Shown: in pieces, positions 17,495-27,186 of the stretch
Position numbering within the stretch: the first letter of the stretch is position 1
Layout: each line of letters opens with the position of its first letter
Origin: a virus
Lineage: Duplodnaviria; Heunggongvirae; Uroviricota; Caudoviricetes
Length of the DNA stretch: 45,879 nucleotides
IMG/VR virus record: IMGVR_UViG_2541047916_000008
Direction: 5' to 3' (one strand)
The notes under the pieces: generated by a model
The model's database searches: none
What the model was told of the DNA's origin: nothing
What the model saw: only the letters and a program-made list of their open reading frames with translations
Made by a program: the position numbers and the translations under genes

Positions 17495-17525
17495 GCCACG
17501 GGGCGGGAGCGTCGCGGAAAAAGGC
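17495..17525. other. Candidate cosN region (lambda-like cohesive-end site)
   Basis: GC-rich GGGGCGGGAGCGTCGCGG followed by A/T-rich tract, about 170-190 bp upstream of terminase small subunit; resembles lambda cos (GGGCGGCGACCT...) from memory. Confidence 0.3.
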
Positions 17526-17686
17526 TAGTTTTTGCATTTTTATCGGCCACCATCATCTTTGCATCTTATTGATTATTAATGGTTATTTGTTTTTTGCATG
17601 TCGAATTGAGTGTTTTTTGTTCGACATCGAACGCGTTTTCTTAAAGTTGTTCGCACGATGCATGTTTAAAGCTCTCCGGAGGAAAT

Positions 17687-18178
17687 ATGGATCATGAGTT
17701 GAAAAACCTGGTGCTGAATATTAATCAACTGGCGGCTTTATCTGGTCTGCACCGCCAGACTGTCGTGGCAAGACTGAAAAACATTCGTCCCGCTGGTGGA
17801 CATGACAAACTCAAGCTATACCGGTTGACCGATATTCTGACTGAATTTATGGGGTTACCACCGCCGGTTGCTGAGGGCGAAATGGATCCACATGAACGCA
17901 AAGCCTGGTATCAGTCTGAACGTGAGCGTCTTAAGTTCGAACAGGAAACGGCACAACTCATTCCGGCCAGTGATGTCAGACGGGAGTTTGCCATCTGGGC
18001 AAAAGCGGTCGTGCAGGTGCTGGAGACATTACCGGATATTCTGGAACGTGACTGCGGTCTGCAGCCTGCCGCTGTGAGCCGTGTTCAGTCCATTATTGAT
18101 GATCTGCGCGATCAGATAGCCCTGCGGGTGACCGAAGCAGGTGCGGATGATGAGGAGGAATTACAGCAGGAGGAGTAA
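17687..18178 (+). CDS. Terminase small subunit (Nu1-like)
   Basis: Track ORF; GGAGG RBS; N-terminal HTH (LNINQLAALSGLHRQTV); directly precedes large terminase. Confidence 0.65.
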   Translation: MDHELKNLVLNINQLAALSGLHRQTVVARLKNIRPAGGHDKLKLYRLTDILTEFMGLPPPVAEGEMDPHERKAWYQSERERLKFEQETAQLIPASDVRREFAIWAKAVVQVLETLPDILERDCGLQPAAVSRVQSIIDDLRDQIALRVTEAGADDEEELQQEE

Positions 18179-20280
18179 TGCTGAATCAGGAAACCGCAAA
18201 GGCAGCACGAACCGATTCAGGTTATATCCTTCGCGCACCGAGACGAATGCGGGTTGCTGATGCCGTTGCTCAGTATATGCGGGTGCCCATGGGGGCAGGG
18301 AACTCAGTCCCGTGGGATCCGCTGGTGGCACCGTATGTTATTGAGCCGATGAACTGCCTGGCCTCGCGTGAATACGACGCAGTGATATTTGTTGGCCCGG
18401 CACGAACCGGCAAGACTATCGGCCTGATTGACGGCTGGGTGATTTACAACGTGATTTGCGATCCTGCTGATATGCTGATCATTCAGATGACGGAGGAAAA
18501 AGCCCGCGAACACTCCAAAAAACGACTCGCCAGAACGTTTCGCGTCAGCCCGGAAGTGGTCAGTCGCCTGAGTCCGAACAAAAATGACAACAACGTTTAT
18601 GACAGAACATTCCTTGCTGGTAACTACCTGAAAATCGGCTGGCCGTCAGTCAATATCATGTCCTCATCAGATTATAAATGCGTCGCGCTGACGGATTATG
18701 ACCGTTTTCCGGAAGATATTGATGGCGAGGGGGATGCTTTCTCTCTTGCCTCAAAACGTACCACCACATTTATGTCCAGTGGTATGACGCTGGTGGAGAG
18801 TTCCCCCGGCAGGGATGTGAAGGATGTGAAATGGCGACGGACTTCACCGCATGAGGCTCCACCAACCACGGGGATCCTGTCGCTCTATAACCGTGGTGAT
18901 CGCCGTCGCTGGTACTGGCCCTGTCCACACTGTGGTGAGTATTTTCAGCCCTGCGGCGATGTGGTTGCTGGTTTCCGTGATATTGCCGATCCCGTGCTGG
19001 CAAGTGAGGCGGCTTATATTCAGTGTCCTTCCTGTTCAGGACGGATTATGCCTGAACAAAAACGTGAGCTGAACGGACGTGGGGTCTGGTTGCGGGATGG
19101 TGAATCCATCAATGCGGATGGCAGTCGTTATGGTGATCCCCGACGCTCACGTATTGCGTCATTCTGGATGGAGGGTCCGGCAGCTGCTTACCAGACACTC
19201 TCGCAACTCGTTTACAAACTGCTTACTGCAGAACAGGAATACGAGACAACCGGAAGTGAAGAAACACTCAAGACGGTTATCAATACCGACTGGGGATTAC
19301 CTTATCTTCCCCGCGCCAGCATGGAGCAACGAAAAAGTGAACTGCTTGAGCAGCGGGCAGAGCCAGTTCCTTCCCGCAGTGTGCCGGATGGCGTTAATTT
19401 CCTTGTGGCGACAGTGGATGTGCAGGCGGGACGTCATCGCCGTTTTGTGGTTCAGGTAACGGGCTATGGCAGCCGTGGCGAACGCTGGATTATTGATCGT
19501 TACAACATCACGCAGTCATTGCGCGGTGACAGTGACGGGGAGAGCCAGCGAATTGATCCGGCCAGCTATCCGGAAGACTGGGATGTCCTGCTGACGGATG
19601 TTTTTCATAAAAGCTGGCCGCTGGCCTCCGATCCTTCTCAACAAATGCGACTGATGGCAATGGCGGTGGACTCCGGCGGTGAAGACGGGGTCACTGATAA
19701 TGCCTATAAATTCTGGCGTCGTTGCCGTCGTGATGGCCTTGGTAAACGTATTTACCTGTTTAAGGGCGACAGCATCCGGCGCGCAAAACTGATCACCCGT
19801 ACATTCCCTGATAACACCGGACGAACGGGCCGACGGGCGCAGGCCGCAGGTGATGTGCCGCTCTGGCTTCTTCAGACGGATGCACTGAAAGACCGGGTGA
19901 ATAACGCGTTATGGCGTGACTCGCCAGGTCCCGGCTATGTGCATTTCCCTGACTGGCTGGGGAGCTGGTTTTACGACGAACTGACGTATGAAGAGCGGAG
20001 CAGTGACGGGAAATGGAGTAAGCCGGGTCGCGGTGCCAACGAAGCTTTTGACCTGATGGTGTATGCCGAGGCTCTGGTCATTCTGCATGGATACGAAAAG
20101 ATCCGCTGGCCGGATGCACCGGAGTGGGCGAGCCGGGAAACCTGGCTGGAGTGTGTCCAGGACAGTACCGAACCGTCATCCTCACCGGAACCGGTATCCA
20201 CGCCTGTTAAAAAACAAAAACGGAAGAAAACAGTAACTGACGATGTTAACCCCTGGCTGACTTCCGGAGGATGGTTATGA
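18178..20280 (+). CDS. Terminase large subunit (lambda gpA family)
   Basis: Track ORF, 700 aa; Walker A-like VGPARTGKT; CPHC...CPSC zinc motif; size and position. Confidence 0.85.
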   Translation: MLNQETAKAARTDSGYILRAPRRMRVADAVAQYMRVPMGAGNSVPWDPLVAPYVIEPMNCLASREYDAVIFVGPARTGKTIGLIDGWVIYNVICDPADMLIIQMTEEKAREHSKKRLARTFRVSPEVVSRLSPNKNDNNVYDRTFLAGNYLKIGWPSVNIMSSSDYKCVALTDYDRFPEDIDGEGDAFSLASKRTTTFMSSGMTLVESSPGRDVKDVKWRRTSPHEAPPTTGILSLYNRGDRRRWYWPCPHCGEYFQPCGDVVAGFRDIADPVLASEAAYIQCPSCSGRIMPEQKRELNGRGVWLRDGESINADGSRYGDPRRSRIASFWMEGPAAAYQTLSQLVYKLLTAEQEYETTGSEETLKTVINTDWGLPYLPRASMEQRKSELLEQRAEPVPSRSVPDGVNFLVATVDVQAGRHRRFVVQVTGYGSRGERWIIDRYNITQSLRGDSDGESQRIDPASYPEDWDVLLTDVFHKSWPLASDPSQQMRLMAMAVDSGGEDGVTDNAYKFWRRCRRDGLGKRIYLFKGDSIRRAKLITRTFPDNTGRTGRRAQAAGDVPLWLLQTDALKDRVNNALWRDSPGPGYVHFPDWLGSWFYDELTYEERSSDGKWSKPGRGANEAFDLMVYAEALVILHGYEKIRWPDAPEWASRETWLECVQDSTEPSSSPEPVSTPVKKQKRKKTVTDDVNPWLTSGGWL

Positions 20281-20489
20281 ACCAGAATGATATCGAAGCC
20301 ATGATTCAGCGTTATATGGAAGCTGAAATGGCGGTGCTGGACGGAAAATCCGTCACCTTTAATGGTCAGCAGATGACCATGGAAAACTTATCTGAGATCC
20401 GGCAGGGACGGCAGGAGTGGGAGCGCCGCCTTGCGGCTCTGATTACACGACGACGGGGGCATCCCGGGTACCGGCTGGCGAGGTTCTGA
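20271..20489 (+). CDS. gpW-like head-tail joining protein
   Basis: Track ORF, about 70 aa, between terminase and portal, overlapping both. Confidence 0.55.
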   Translation: MVMNQNDIEAMIQRYMEAEMAVLDGKSVTFNGQQMTMENLSEIRQGRQEWERRLAALITRRRGHPGYRLARF

Positions 20490-21997
20490 TGGCAATTCTT
20501 GATGATGTGATTGGCGTTTTTTCACCTGGATGGAAAGCGGCAAGGCTGCGTTCCCGTGCGGTGATCCAGGCTTATGAAGCCGTAAAAACGACGCGGACAC
20601 ACAAAGCCCGACGGGAGAACCGAACTGCCGACCAGCTAAGCCAGTACGGGGCCGTGTCGTTACGTGAGCAGGCCCGTTACCTTGATAACAACCACGATCT
20701 GGTTATTGGTGTATTTGACAAGCTGGAAGAACGGGTGGTGGGGAAAAACGGGATTATTGTCGAGCCACATCCGGTATTACGCAATGGGGCCATTGCCCGT
20801 GATCTGGCAGCGGAGATTCGCACCCGATGGAGTGAATGGTCTGTCAGCCCGGAAGTCACCGGGCAGTTTACCCGTCCGATGCTGGAACGTCTGATGCTGC
20901 GTACCTGGCTGCGCGATGGTGAGGTGTTTGCCCAGATGGTTTCCGGGCGCATAAACAGCCTGACGCCTTCTGCCGGTGTTCATTTCTGGCTGGAGGCGCT
21001 CGAGCCAGACTTTATTCCCATGACCAGTGATGAGAGCAACAGGCTGAATCAGGGCGTGTTTGTTGATGACTGGGGGCGTCCCGAAAAATATCTGGTGTAT
21101 AAAAGCCGTCCCGTATCCGGACGGCAGATGGAAACCAAAGAAGTGGATGCAGAGCGAATGCTGCATCTTAAATTTGTTCGCCGTCTGCACCAGATACGCG
21201 GGACGTCTTTGTTGTCCGGTGTGCTGATCCGCCTCAGTGCCCTGAAAGATTATGAAGATTATGAGCTGACTGCAGCAAGGATCGCCGCTGCTCTGGGGAT
21301 GTACATCCGCAAAGGCGACGGGCAGAGCTATGAACCGGATGGTAATGGCAGCAAGGATAAGGAACGCGAGCTTACCATTCAGCCAGGCATTATTTACGAC
21401 GATCTGAAACCCGGCGAAGAAATCGGAATGGTGAAGTCGGATCGCCCCAATCCTAACCTTGAAACTTTTCGTAATGGTCAGTTGCGTGCCGTGGCGGCGG
21501 GCAGTCGTCTGAGTTTTTCCAGTACAGCGCGCAACTATAACGGCACTTACAGCGCCCAGCGTCAGGAGCTGGTTGAATCTACTGATGGCTACCTGATCCT
21601 GCAGGACTGGTTTATTGGTGCCGTCACCCGCCCGATGTATCGTGCCTGGCTGAAACAGGCTGTGGCATCCGGTGTTATCAGGCTACCCCGCGATCTTGAC
21701 CGTTCTTCACTGTATACCGCGGTGTATTCCGGACCAGTGATGCCGTGGATTGACCCTGTTAAGGAGGCTGAGGCCTGGAAAATCCAGATTCGTGGTGGAG
21801 CGGCGACAGAATCAGACTGGGTACGTGCTGGTGGTCGTAATCCGGATGATGTCAAACGTCGGCGCAAGGCCGAAATTGATGAAAACCGCAAGCTGGATCT
21901 GGTATTTGATACCGATCCGGCCAGTGATAAAGGAGGCAGCAGTGCCGCAACGAAACGACAGGAGCCGCAGCACACCGACGACCAGTCCGAAGAATAA
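20489..21997 (+). CDS. Portal protein (lambda gpB family)
   Basis: Track ORF 20417..21997 trimmed to ATG overlapping W stop; size about 500 aa and position. Confidence 0.75.
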   Translation: MAILDDVIGVFSPGWKAARLRSRAVIQAYEAVKTTRTHKARRENRTADQLSQYGAVSLREQARYLDNNHDLVIGVFDKLEERVVGKNGIIVEPHPVLRNGAIARDLAAEIRTRWSEWSVSPEVTGQFTRPMLERLMLRTWLRDGEVFAQMVSGRINSLTPSAGVHFWLEALEPDFIPMTSDESNRLNQGVFVDDWGRPEKYLVYKSRPVSGRQMETKEVDAERMLHLKFVRRLHQIRGTSLLSGVLIRLSALKDYEDYELTAARIAAALGMYIRKGDGQSYEPDGNGSKDKERELTIQPGIIYDDLKPGEEIGMVKSDRPNPNLETFRNGQLRAVAAGSRLSFSSTARNYNGTYSAQRQELVESTDGYLILQDWFIGAVTRPMYRAWLKQAVASGVIRLPRDLDRSSLYTAVYSGPVMPWIDPVKEAEAWKIQIRGGAATESDWVRAGGRNPDDVKRRRKAEIDENRKLDLVFDTDPASDKGGSSAATKRQEPQHTDDQSEE

Positions 21998-22010
21998 TTC
22001 CTGGTTCAGG

Positions 22011-23969
22011 ATGCAGGCTGGTCACCAGAGTGACGCGGATATTTATATTTATGACGAGATTGGTTTCTGGGGTGTTACAGCGAAGCAGTTTATCAGTGAT
22101 CTGAATGCACTGGGCGATATCACCCACATTAATCTCCATATCAATTCACCGGGTGGCGATGTCTTTGAAGGCATCGCCATTTTTAATGCGCTGAAAACAC
22201 ATGGTGCGTCCATTACCGTTTATGTCGACGGTGTGGCGGCGTCAATGGCGTCGGTCATTGCGATGGTGGGAAACCCGGTCATTATGCCGGAAAACACCTT
22301 CATGATGATTCATAAACCATTTGGCTTTACGGGCGGTGATGCGGAGGACATGCGCACCTATGCCGACCTGCTCGATAAGGTTGAGGCGGTTCTGTTACCC
22401 GCTTATGCACAGAAAACCGGGAAAACCACCGATGAAATTGCTGCCATGCTGGCGGATGAGACCTGGATGTCCGGTGCCGAATGTCTGGCACATGGATTTG
22501 CTGATCAGGTGACGCCAGCCGTTAAGGCAATGGCATGTATTCAGTCAAAACGTACAGAGGAATTTAAAAAGATGCCGGAATCCATTCGAAACATGATTAC
22601 TCCGCCACGCAACAGTGCTCCACGCGTACAGGATGATGAACCTGCAGCCTCCCGGACGCCAGTGCAGGCAGCAGCACCCGTGGTGGATGAAAACAGTATC
22701 CGTGCGCAGGTACTGGCAGAGCAAAAAGCGCGTGTAAACGGTATTAATGATCTGTTTGCCATGTTTGGCGGGCGTTATCAGACGCTGCAGGCTCAGTGTC
22801 TTGCCGATCCTGAATGTTCGCTGGAGCAGGCCCGCGAAAAGCTGTTGAACGAGATGGGGCGCGAGTCCACGCCATCCAATAAAAATACACCGGCTCATAT
22901 TTATGCCGGTAACGGTAATTTTGTGGGGGACGGGATCCGCCAGGCGCTGATGGCGCGTGCCGGATTTGAAAAAACCGAACGTGATAATGTCTACAACGGG
23001 ATGACCCTGCGTGAATATGCCCGTATGTCACTGACTGAACGGGGTATTGGGGTTTCCAGTTATAACCCGATGCAGATGGTCGGTGCGGCGTTCACACACA
23101 GTACGTCTGACTTCGGTAATATTCTGCTGGATGTTGCGAACAAAGCCATTCTGCAGGGCTGGGAAGATGCTCCTGAAACCTATGAACAGTGGACGCGGAA
23201 AGGTCAGTTGTCTGATTTTAAAATTGCCCATCGTGTGGGTATGGGGGGCTTCAGTGCTCTGCGTCAGGTGCGTGAAGGGGCGGAATATAAATACGTCACC
23301 ACCGGAGATAAACAGGCCACTATTGCACTGGCGACCTATGGCGAGCTGTTCAGTATCACCCGTCAGGCCATTATCAATGATGATCTGAATATGCTGACCG
23401 ATGTCCCGATGAAACTGGGCCGTGCGGCGAAATCCACTATTGCCGATCTGGTTTATGCCATTCTGACGTCTAACCCGAAAATCTCCACAGATAATGTAAG
23501 TCTGTTCGATAAAGCGAAACATGCAAACGTACTGGAGAGCGCTGCAATGGACGTGGCATCGCTGGATAAAGCCCGCCAGTTGATGCGCGTTCAGAAAGAG
23601 GGGGAGCGTCATCTGAATATTCGTCCTGCGTTCGTACTGGTACCGACGGCGATGGAGTCTGTTGCTAACCAGGTCATTCGCTCCTCAAGTGTCAAGGGGG
23701 CTGACATTAACGCCGGTATTATTAACCCGGTGAAAGATTTTGCGACCGTTATTGCAGAGCCTCGTCTTGATGATAACAGCCAGACCACCTTCTACCTGGC
23801 TGCGTCAAAAGGCTCCGATACGATTGAAGTGGCTTATCTCAACGGTGTGGATACGCCATATATTGATCAGATGGAGGGCTTCAGTGTGGATGGCGTGACA
23901 ACGAAAGTGCGTATTGACGCCGGTGTCGCGCCAGTTGATCACCGCGGTCTGGTGAAATGTACGGCGTAA
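22011..23969 (+). CDS. ClpP-like prohead protease fused to HK97-fold major capsid protein
   Basis: Track ORF 21750..23969 trimmed to Met just after portal stop; N-terminal ClpP/S14-like region (INSPGG...GVAASMASVIA); long C-terminal capsid-like domain. Confidence 0.65.
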   Translation: MQAGHQSDADIYIYDEIGFWGVTAKQFISDLNALGDITHINLHINSPGGDVFEGIAIFNALKTHGASITVYVDGVAASMASVIAMVGNPVIMPENTFMMIHKPFGFTGGDAEDMRTYADLLDKVEAVLLPAYAQKTGKTTDEIAAMLADETWMSGAECLAHGFADQVTPAVKAMACIQSKRTEEFKKMPESIRNMITPPRNSAPRVQDDEPAASRTPVQAAAPVVDENSIRAQVLAEQKARVNGINDLFAMFGGRYQTLQAQCLADPECSLEQAREKLLNEMGRESTPSNKNTPAHIYAGNGNFVGDGIRQALMARAGFEKTERDNVYNGMTLREYARMSLTERGIGVSSYNPMQMVGAAFTHSTSDFGNILLDVANKAILQGWEDAPETYEQWTRKGQLSDFKIAHRVGMGGFSALRQVREGAEYKYVTTGDKQATIALATYGELFSITRQAIINDDLNMLTDVPMKLGRAAKSTIADLVYAILTSNPKISTDNVSLFDKAKHANVLESAAMDVASLDKARQLMRVQKEGERHLNIRPAFVLVPTAMESVANQVIRSSSVKGADINAGIINPVKDFATVIAEPRLDDNSQTTFYLAASKGSDTIEVAYLNGVDTPYIDQMEGFSVDGVTTKVRIDAGVAPVDHRGLVKCTA

Positions 23970-23990
23970 ACGTCGCAGATAACAACTCTG

Positions 23991-24012
23991 ATGGCCCGTA
24001 AGGGCTTTTTTT
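23991..24012 (+). terminator. Terminator-like hairpin after capsid gene
   Basis: gccc-gtaa-gggc followed by T7. Confidence 0.5.
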
Positions 24013-24055
24013 GTACCTGAAATCAGCCCCTGAACGGGGCTGTGCGGAGACAGTT

Positions 24056-24379
24056 ATGGCAAAGAATTTTGTAGAAGAAGGAAAAACGGTGGCGATTGTT
24101 GCCAGTGCAGCCATCAGCAGCGGAGATCTGGTGCAGGTGGGTGATGTTTTTGCGGTGGCGCTGACCGATATTCCACAGGGTGAAACAGGCGACGGCATGA
24201 CCGAAGGTGTGTTTATGCTGCCTAAGCTGAAAACGGATGATATGAAAACGGGTAAGAAGGTTTATCTGAAGTCCGGAAAAGTTCAGCTGACTAACAGCGG
24301 CTCTGATCCGCTGGTCGGGGTTGTCTGGGCAGATGCCGGAACCAGTGCAGAAGAAGTGCCGGTAAAACTCAATGTCTGA
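24056..24379 (+). CDS. Putative head decoration/completion protein (DUF2190-like), tentative
   Basis: Track ORF 24011..24379 trimmed to Met (MAKNFVEEG); position directly after capsid. Confidence 0.35.
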   Translation: MAKNFVEEGKTVAIVASAAISSGDLVQVGDVFAVALTDIPQGETGDGMTEGVFMLPKLKTDDMKTGKKVYLKSGKVQLTNSGSDPLVGVVWADAGTSAEEVPVKLNV

Positions 24380-24647
24380 TCCCTTTTCCCGGCTGGCAGC
24401 GCGTATGGATGCGATCACGGTCAGAAAGATGGGAAAGACAGCCTCGATTAATGATGTCGATATGACTGTGATCCCGGGAGAAACACTGGCAGAGCTGAAT
24501 GCTCTGTCCGGACCTGCGGTCTCTCTGGTGGTGTTTTCTTCGGGATACCGCCCACGGCGCGGGGATCGCGTTGTTTATGACGGACAACAATGGACGGTCA
24601 CACGGCATGAACGCTTTAACGGTAAACCAATGATCTTTATTGAGTAA
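24372..24647 (+). CDS. FII-like head-tail joining protein
   Basis: Track ORF; position and RRGD-containing pattern similar to lambda FII. Confidence 0.45.
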   Translation: MSDPFSRLAARMDAITVRKMGKTASINDVDMTVIPGETLAELNALSGPAVSLVVFSSGYRPRRGDRVVYDGQQWTVTRHERFNGKPMIFIE

Positions 24648-24658
24648 AGAGGTGTGGG

Positions 24659-25249
24659 ATGAAGGGGCTTGAGAATGCCATCCGCAATCTGAACAGCCTT
24701 GATACCCGTATGGTGCCACAGGCCAGCGCATGGGCGATAAACCGTGTGGCACAGAAAGCGGTCTCGGTTGCCACCCGGAAGGTTGCCGGGAATACCGTTG
24801 CGGGAGATAACCAGGTGAAAGGGATCCCCCTGAAACTGGTACGTCAGCGTGTCCGGGTGTTTAAAGCCAGTCCGTCAGGAAAAATGACGGCCAGGATCCG
24901 CGTTAACCGGGGCAATCTGCCCGCCATCAAACTGAACACAACACGGCGGCGTGCTGGTGAAGGACTGAGAGTGGGAAAATACTTTTTCCGGGGGGCATTT
25001 GTTCAGCAACTGGCGAATGGCCGCTGGCATGTTCTGAGGCGTCTTCCTGAAGCGCGTTTTGCAACAGGGCATGACCATCAGGGCAGGCCAAGAAAAAATC
25101 GTCTTCCTGTGGAGGTAGTGAAAATCCCGCTGTCCGGACCGCTGACACAGGCATTTGAAGATGCCCGCGACCGCATCATTGCTGCGGAAATGCCGAAACA
25201 GCTGGGGTATGCACTGAAACAACAACTGAGATTATGGCTGACCCGATGA
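24659..25249 (+). CDS. Z: Minor tail protein Z-like
   Basis: Track ORF; strong match in recollection to lambda Z (MxIKGLE...AINRVA...NGRWHV...VVKIP...LGYAL). Confidence 0.7.
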   Translation: MKGLENAIRNLNSLDTRMVPQASAWAINRVAQKAVSVATRKVAGNTVAGDNQVKGIPLKLVRQRVRVFKASPSGKMTARIRVNRGNLPAIKLNTTRRRAGEGLRVGKYFFRGAFVQQLANGRWHVLRRLPEARFATGHDHQGRPRKNRLPVEVVKIPLSGPLTQAFEDARDRIIAAEMPKQLGYALKQQLRLWLTR

Positions 25250-25647
25250 ACCGACATACACAAATCCGCCAGGTCGTACTGGCACGCCTTCGGGAACAGT
25301 GTGGAGACAGCGCCACGTTTTTTGACGGGCTTCCGGCATTTATTGATGCGCAGGAACTGCCTGCCGTGGCGGTGTGGCTGAGTGATGCTCAGTACACCGG
25401 AAAAATGACGGATGAAGATGACTGGCAGGCTGTTCTGCATATTGCTGTCTTCATCCGGGCACAGGCACCGGATTCAGAGCTGGATATGTGGATGGAGAGC
25501 ACCATTTTCCCGGCCCTGAATGATGTACCGGCACTTTCCGGACTCATCGACACCCTGATCCCACTCGGTTTTAACTATCAACGTGATAATGAGATGGCCA
25601 CCTGGGCGATGGCGGAAATCACGTACCAGATCACGTACACGAATTAA
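25234..25647 (+). CDS. U: Tail terminator U-like
   Basis: Track ORF; matches lambda U pattern (ATFFDG.PA..D....PAVAV.L....YTG...D.....A.LHI.VF..AQ.PDSELD.WMES). Confidence 0.7.
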   Translation: MADPMNRHTQIRQVVLARLREQCGDSATFFDGLPAFIDAQELPAVAVWLSDAQYTGKMTDEDDWQAVLHIAVFIRAQAPDSELDMWMESTIFPALNDVPALSGLIDTLIPLGFNYQRDNEMATWAMAEITYQITYTN

Positions 25648-25657
25648 GGAGGTGGTA

Positions 25658-26401
25658 ATGACCACACCAAATCCACTGGCAAAGACGAAAGGTGCGGGGA
25701 CGACGTTCTGGATGTATACCGGCAACGGCGATGCGTTTGCGAACCCTTTGTCGGACACTGACTGGCTGCGTCTTGCGATGGTGAAGGATCTGCAACCTGG
25801 CGAAATGACCGCTGATGCAGAAGATGACACTTATCTCGATGATGAAGATGCAGACTGGAAAACGACAACCCAGGGGCAGAAATCCGTTGGTGATACTTCG
25901 GCGACGCTGGCCTGGCGTCCGGGTGACAGCGGGCAGAAAAAACTGGTTCAGTTGTTCGACTCCGGTGAAGTCTGCGCGTTTCGTATCAAATATCCCAACG
26001 GCACTGTTGATGTTTTCCGTGGCTGGCTGAGCTCACTGGGTAAAACCATTGCCTCAAAAGACGTGATGACCCGCACTGTGAAAATCAGCGGTGTGGGGCG
26101 TCCGTATCTGGCAGAGGAAGGCACTGAAACCGTGAGCGTTACCGGGCTGACAGTATCACCGGCGTCTGCCAGTGTAAAAGTGGGAGCAACCACCACGCTG
26201 ACCTTTACAGTAAAACCTGACGGAGCCAGTGACAAAGCGATCAGTGTGCATTCGTCAGATCCACAGACTGCCACGGTTACCCTGAACGGACTTGTGGCCA
26301 CGGTAAAAGGCGTGAAGCAGGGCAGTGTCAGCATTGTGGGCATGACCGCTGACGGGAATTTTGTGGCTGTGACTGCGGTGACTGTCAGCGCAGCAGGTTA
26401 A
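25658..26401 (+). CDS. V: Major tail protein V-like with C-terminal Ig-like domain
   Basis: Track ORF 25583..26401 trimmed to Met after AGGAGG RBS; close to lambda V (KGAGTT.W.Y.G.GD..ANPLSD.DW.RLA.VKDL.PGE.TA). Confidence 0.8.
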   Translation: MTTPNPLAKTKGAGTTFWMYTGNGDAFANPLSDTDWLRLAMVKDLQPGEMTADAEDDTYLDDEDADWKTTTQGQKSVGDTSATLAWRPGDSGQKKLVQLFDSGEVCAFRIKYPNGTVDVFRGWLSSLGKTIASKDVMTRTVKISGVGRPYLAEEGTETVSVTGLTVSPASASVKVGATTTLTFTVKPDGASDKAISVHSSDPQTATVTLNGLVATVKGVKQGSVSIVGMTADGNFVAVTAVTVSAAG

Positions 26402-26458
26402 CAGGACGATACTCATCATTTGCCCCGGTTATGCGGGGCTTTTTTGCAGGTGGAGAAC

Positions 26459-26848
26459 ATGATGTTTCTGAAACAGGACACGTTTAATTATGAAAAACAG
26501 TCCGTGGTGCTCAGTGAGCTGTCCGGGCTGCAGAGAATTGAATATCTGACGTTTGTTCAGCAGCGAACGGCAAAGTTTGATGCCGGGGAGGGAGAACTGC
26601 CGGAGGCTGAACGACAGATTGCTTTTCTGCGGATGGGGATGGATATCAATGCCTGGCTGGTTTCCCGCTCACTGTGGAATGCGGATCAGTCTAAGGATGT
26701 AGAGACGCTTTGCGCATCCGTTATTACAACATGGTCGTATGATGCCCTGGGTGCGGGGGCGGAGATGGTTCTGTCGCTGAGCGGTATGGGGGCCATTGAT
26801 AATGCCGTGGATGATGAGCATGAGGCGCTGACGCCGGAAAAGTCCTGA
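26459..26848 (+). CDS. G: Tail assembly chaperone G
   Basis: Track ORF 26420..26848 trimmed to MMFLK (GGTGGAG RBS); similar to lambda G N-terminus. Confidence 0.7.
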   Translation: MMFLKQDTFNYEKQSVVLSELSGLQRIEYLTFVQQRTAKFDAGEGELPEAERQIAFLRMGMDINAWLVSRSLWNADQSKDVETLCASVITTWSYDALGAGAEMVLSLSGMGAIDNAVDDEHEALTPEKS

Positions 26849-26856
26849 CGCGGGAA

Positions 26857-27186
26857 ATGCAGTTTGTCATGCGGCTTGCCCGGGAGTTCCGGCGGGCAGA
26901 CTGGCGGCGGATGCTGTCGGAAATGTCGGCCACTGAGCTTGGTGAGTGGGGCGATTATTTCCGGATGCAGAGCTTCAGTGATGTGTGGATGGATGCGCAG
27001 TTTGCCTCGCTGAAGGCATTGATCGTGAGAATGGTGTCCGGCAGCAGTGATGCTGCGGTGGCTGATTTCAGCCTTTTACCGGAAGAGAACGGGATACCGG
27101 AGCGAACGGACGAAGAACTGATGCATCTTGGGGAAGGTATTTCCGGAGGTGTGCGTTATGGACCAGATAGCCAACCTGGTCATTGA
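26857..27186 (+). CDS. T: T-segment of G-T tail assembly chaperone (expressed by -1 frameshift from G)
   Basis: Track ORF in the -1 frame relative to G and open back across the G stop; slippery-like ccg-gaa-aag near 26837-26843. Confidence 0.5.
   Translation: MQFVMRLAREFRRADWRRMLSEMSATELGEWGDYFRMQSFSDVWMDAQFASLKALIVRMVSGSSDAAVADFSLLPEENGIPERTDEELMHLGEGISGGVRYGPDSQPGH

Noticed and set aside
17257-17697. 146-aa and 82-aa plus-strand ORFs upstream of the terminase small subunit
   Set aside because: They span the candidate cos region with terminator-like hairpins and have Cys/Arg-rich non-protein-like composition.
20417-20488. N-terminal 24 codons of the portal track ORF
   Set aside because: Overlap the gpW gene; the ATG at 20489 overlapping the W stop is the expected coupled start.
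21750-22010. N-terminal 87 codons of the protease-capsid track ORF
   Set aside because: Overlaps the portal gene 3' end in another frame; a Met just after the portal stop is the more plausible start.
23028-23612. 194-aa minus-strand ORF
   Set aside because: Antisense to the capsid portion of the protease-capsid gene.
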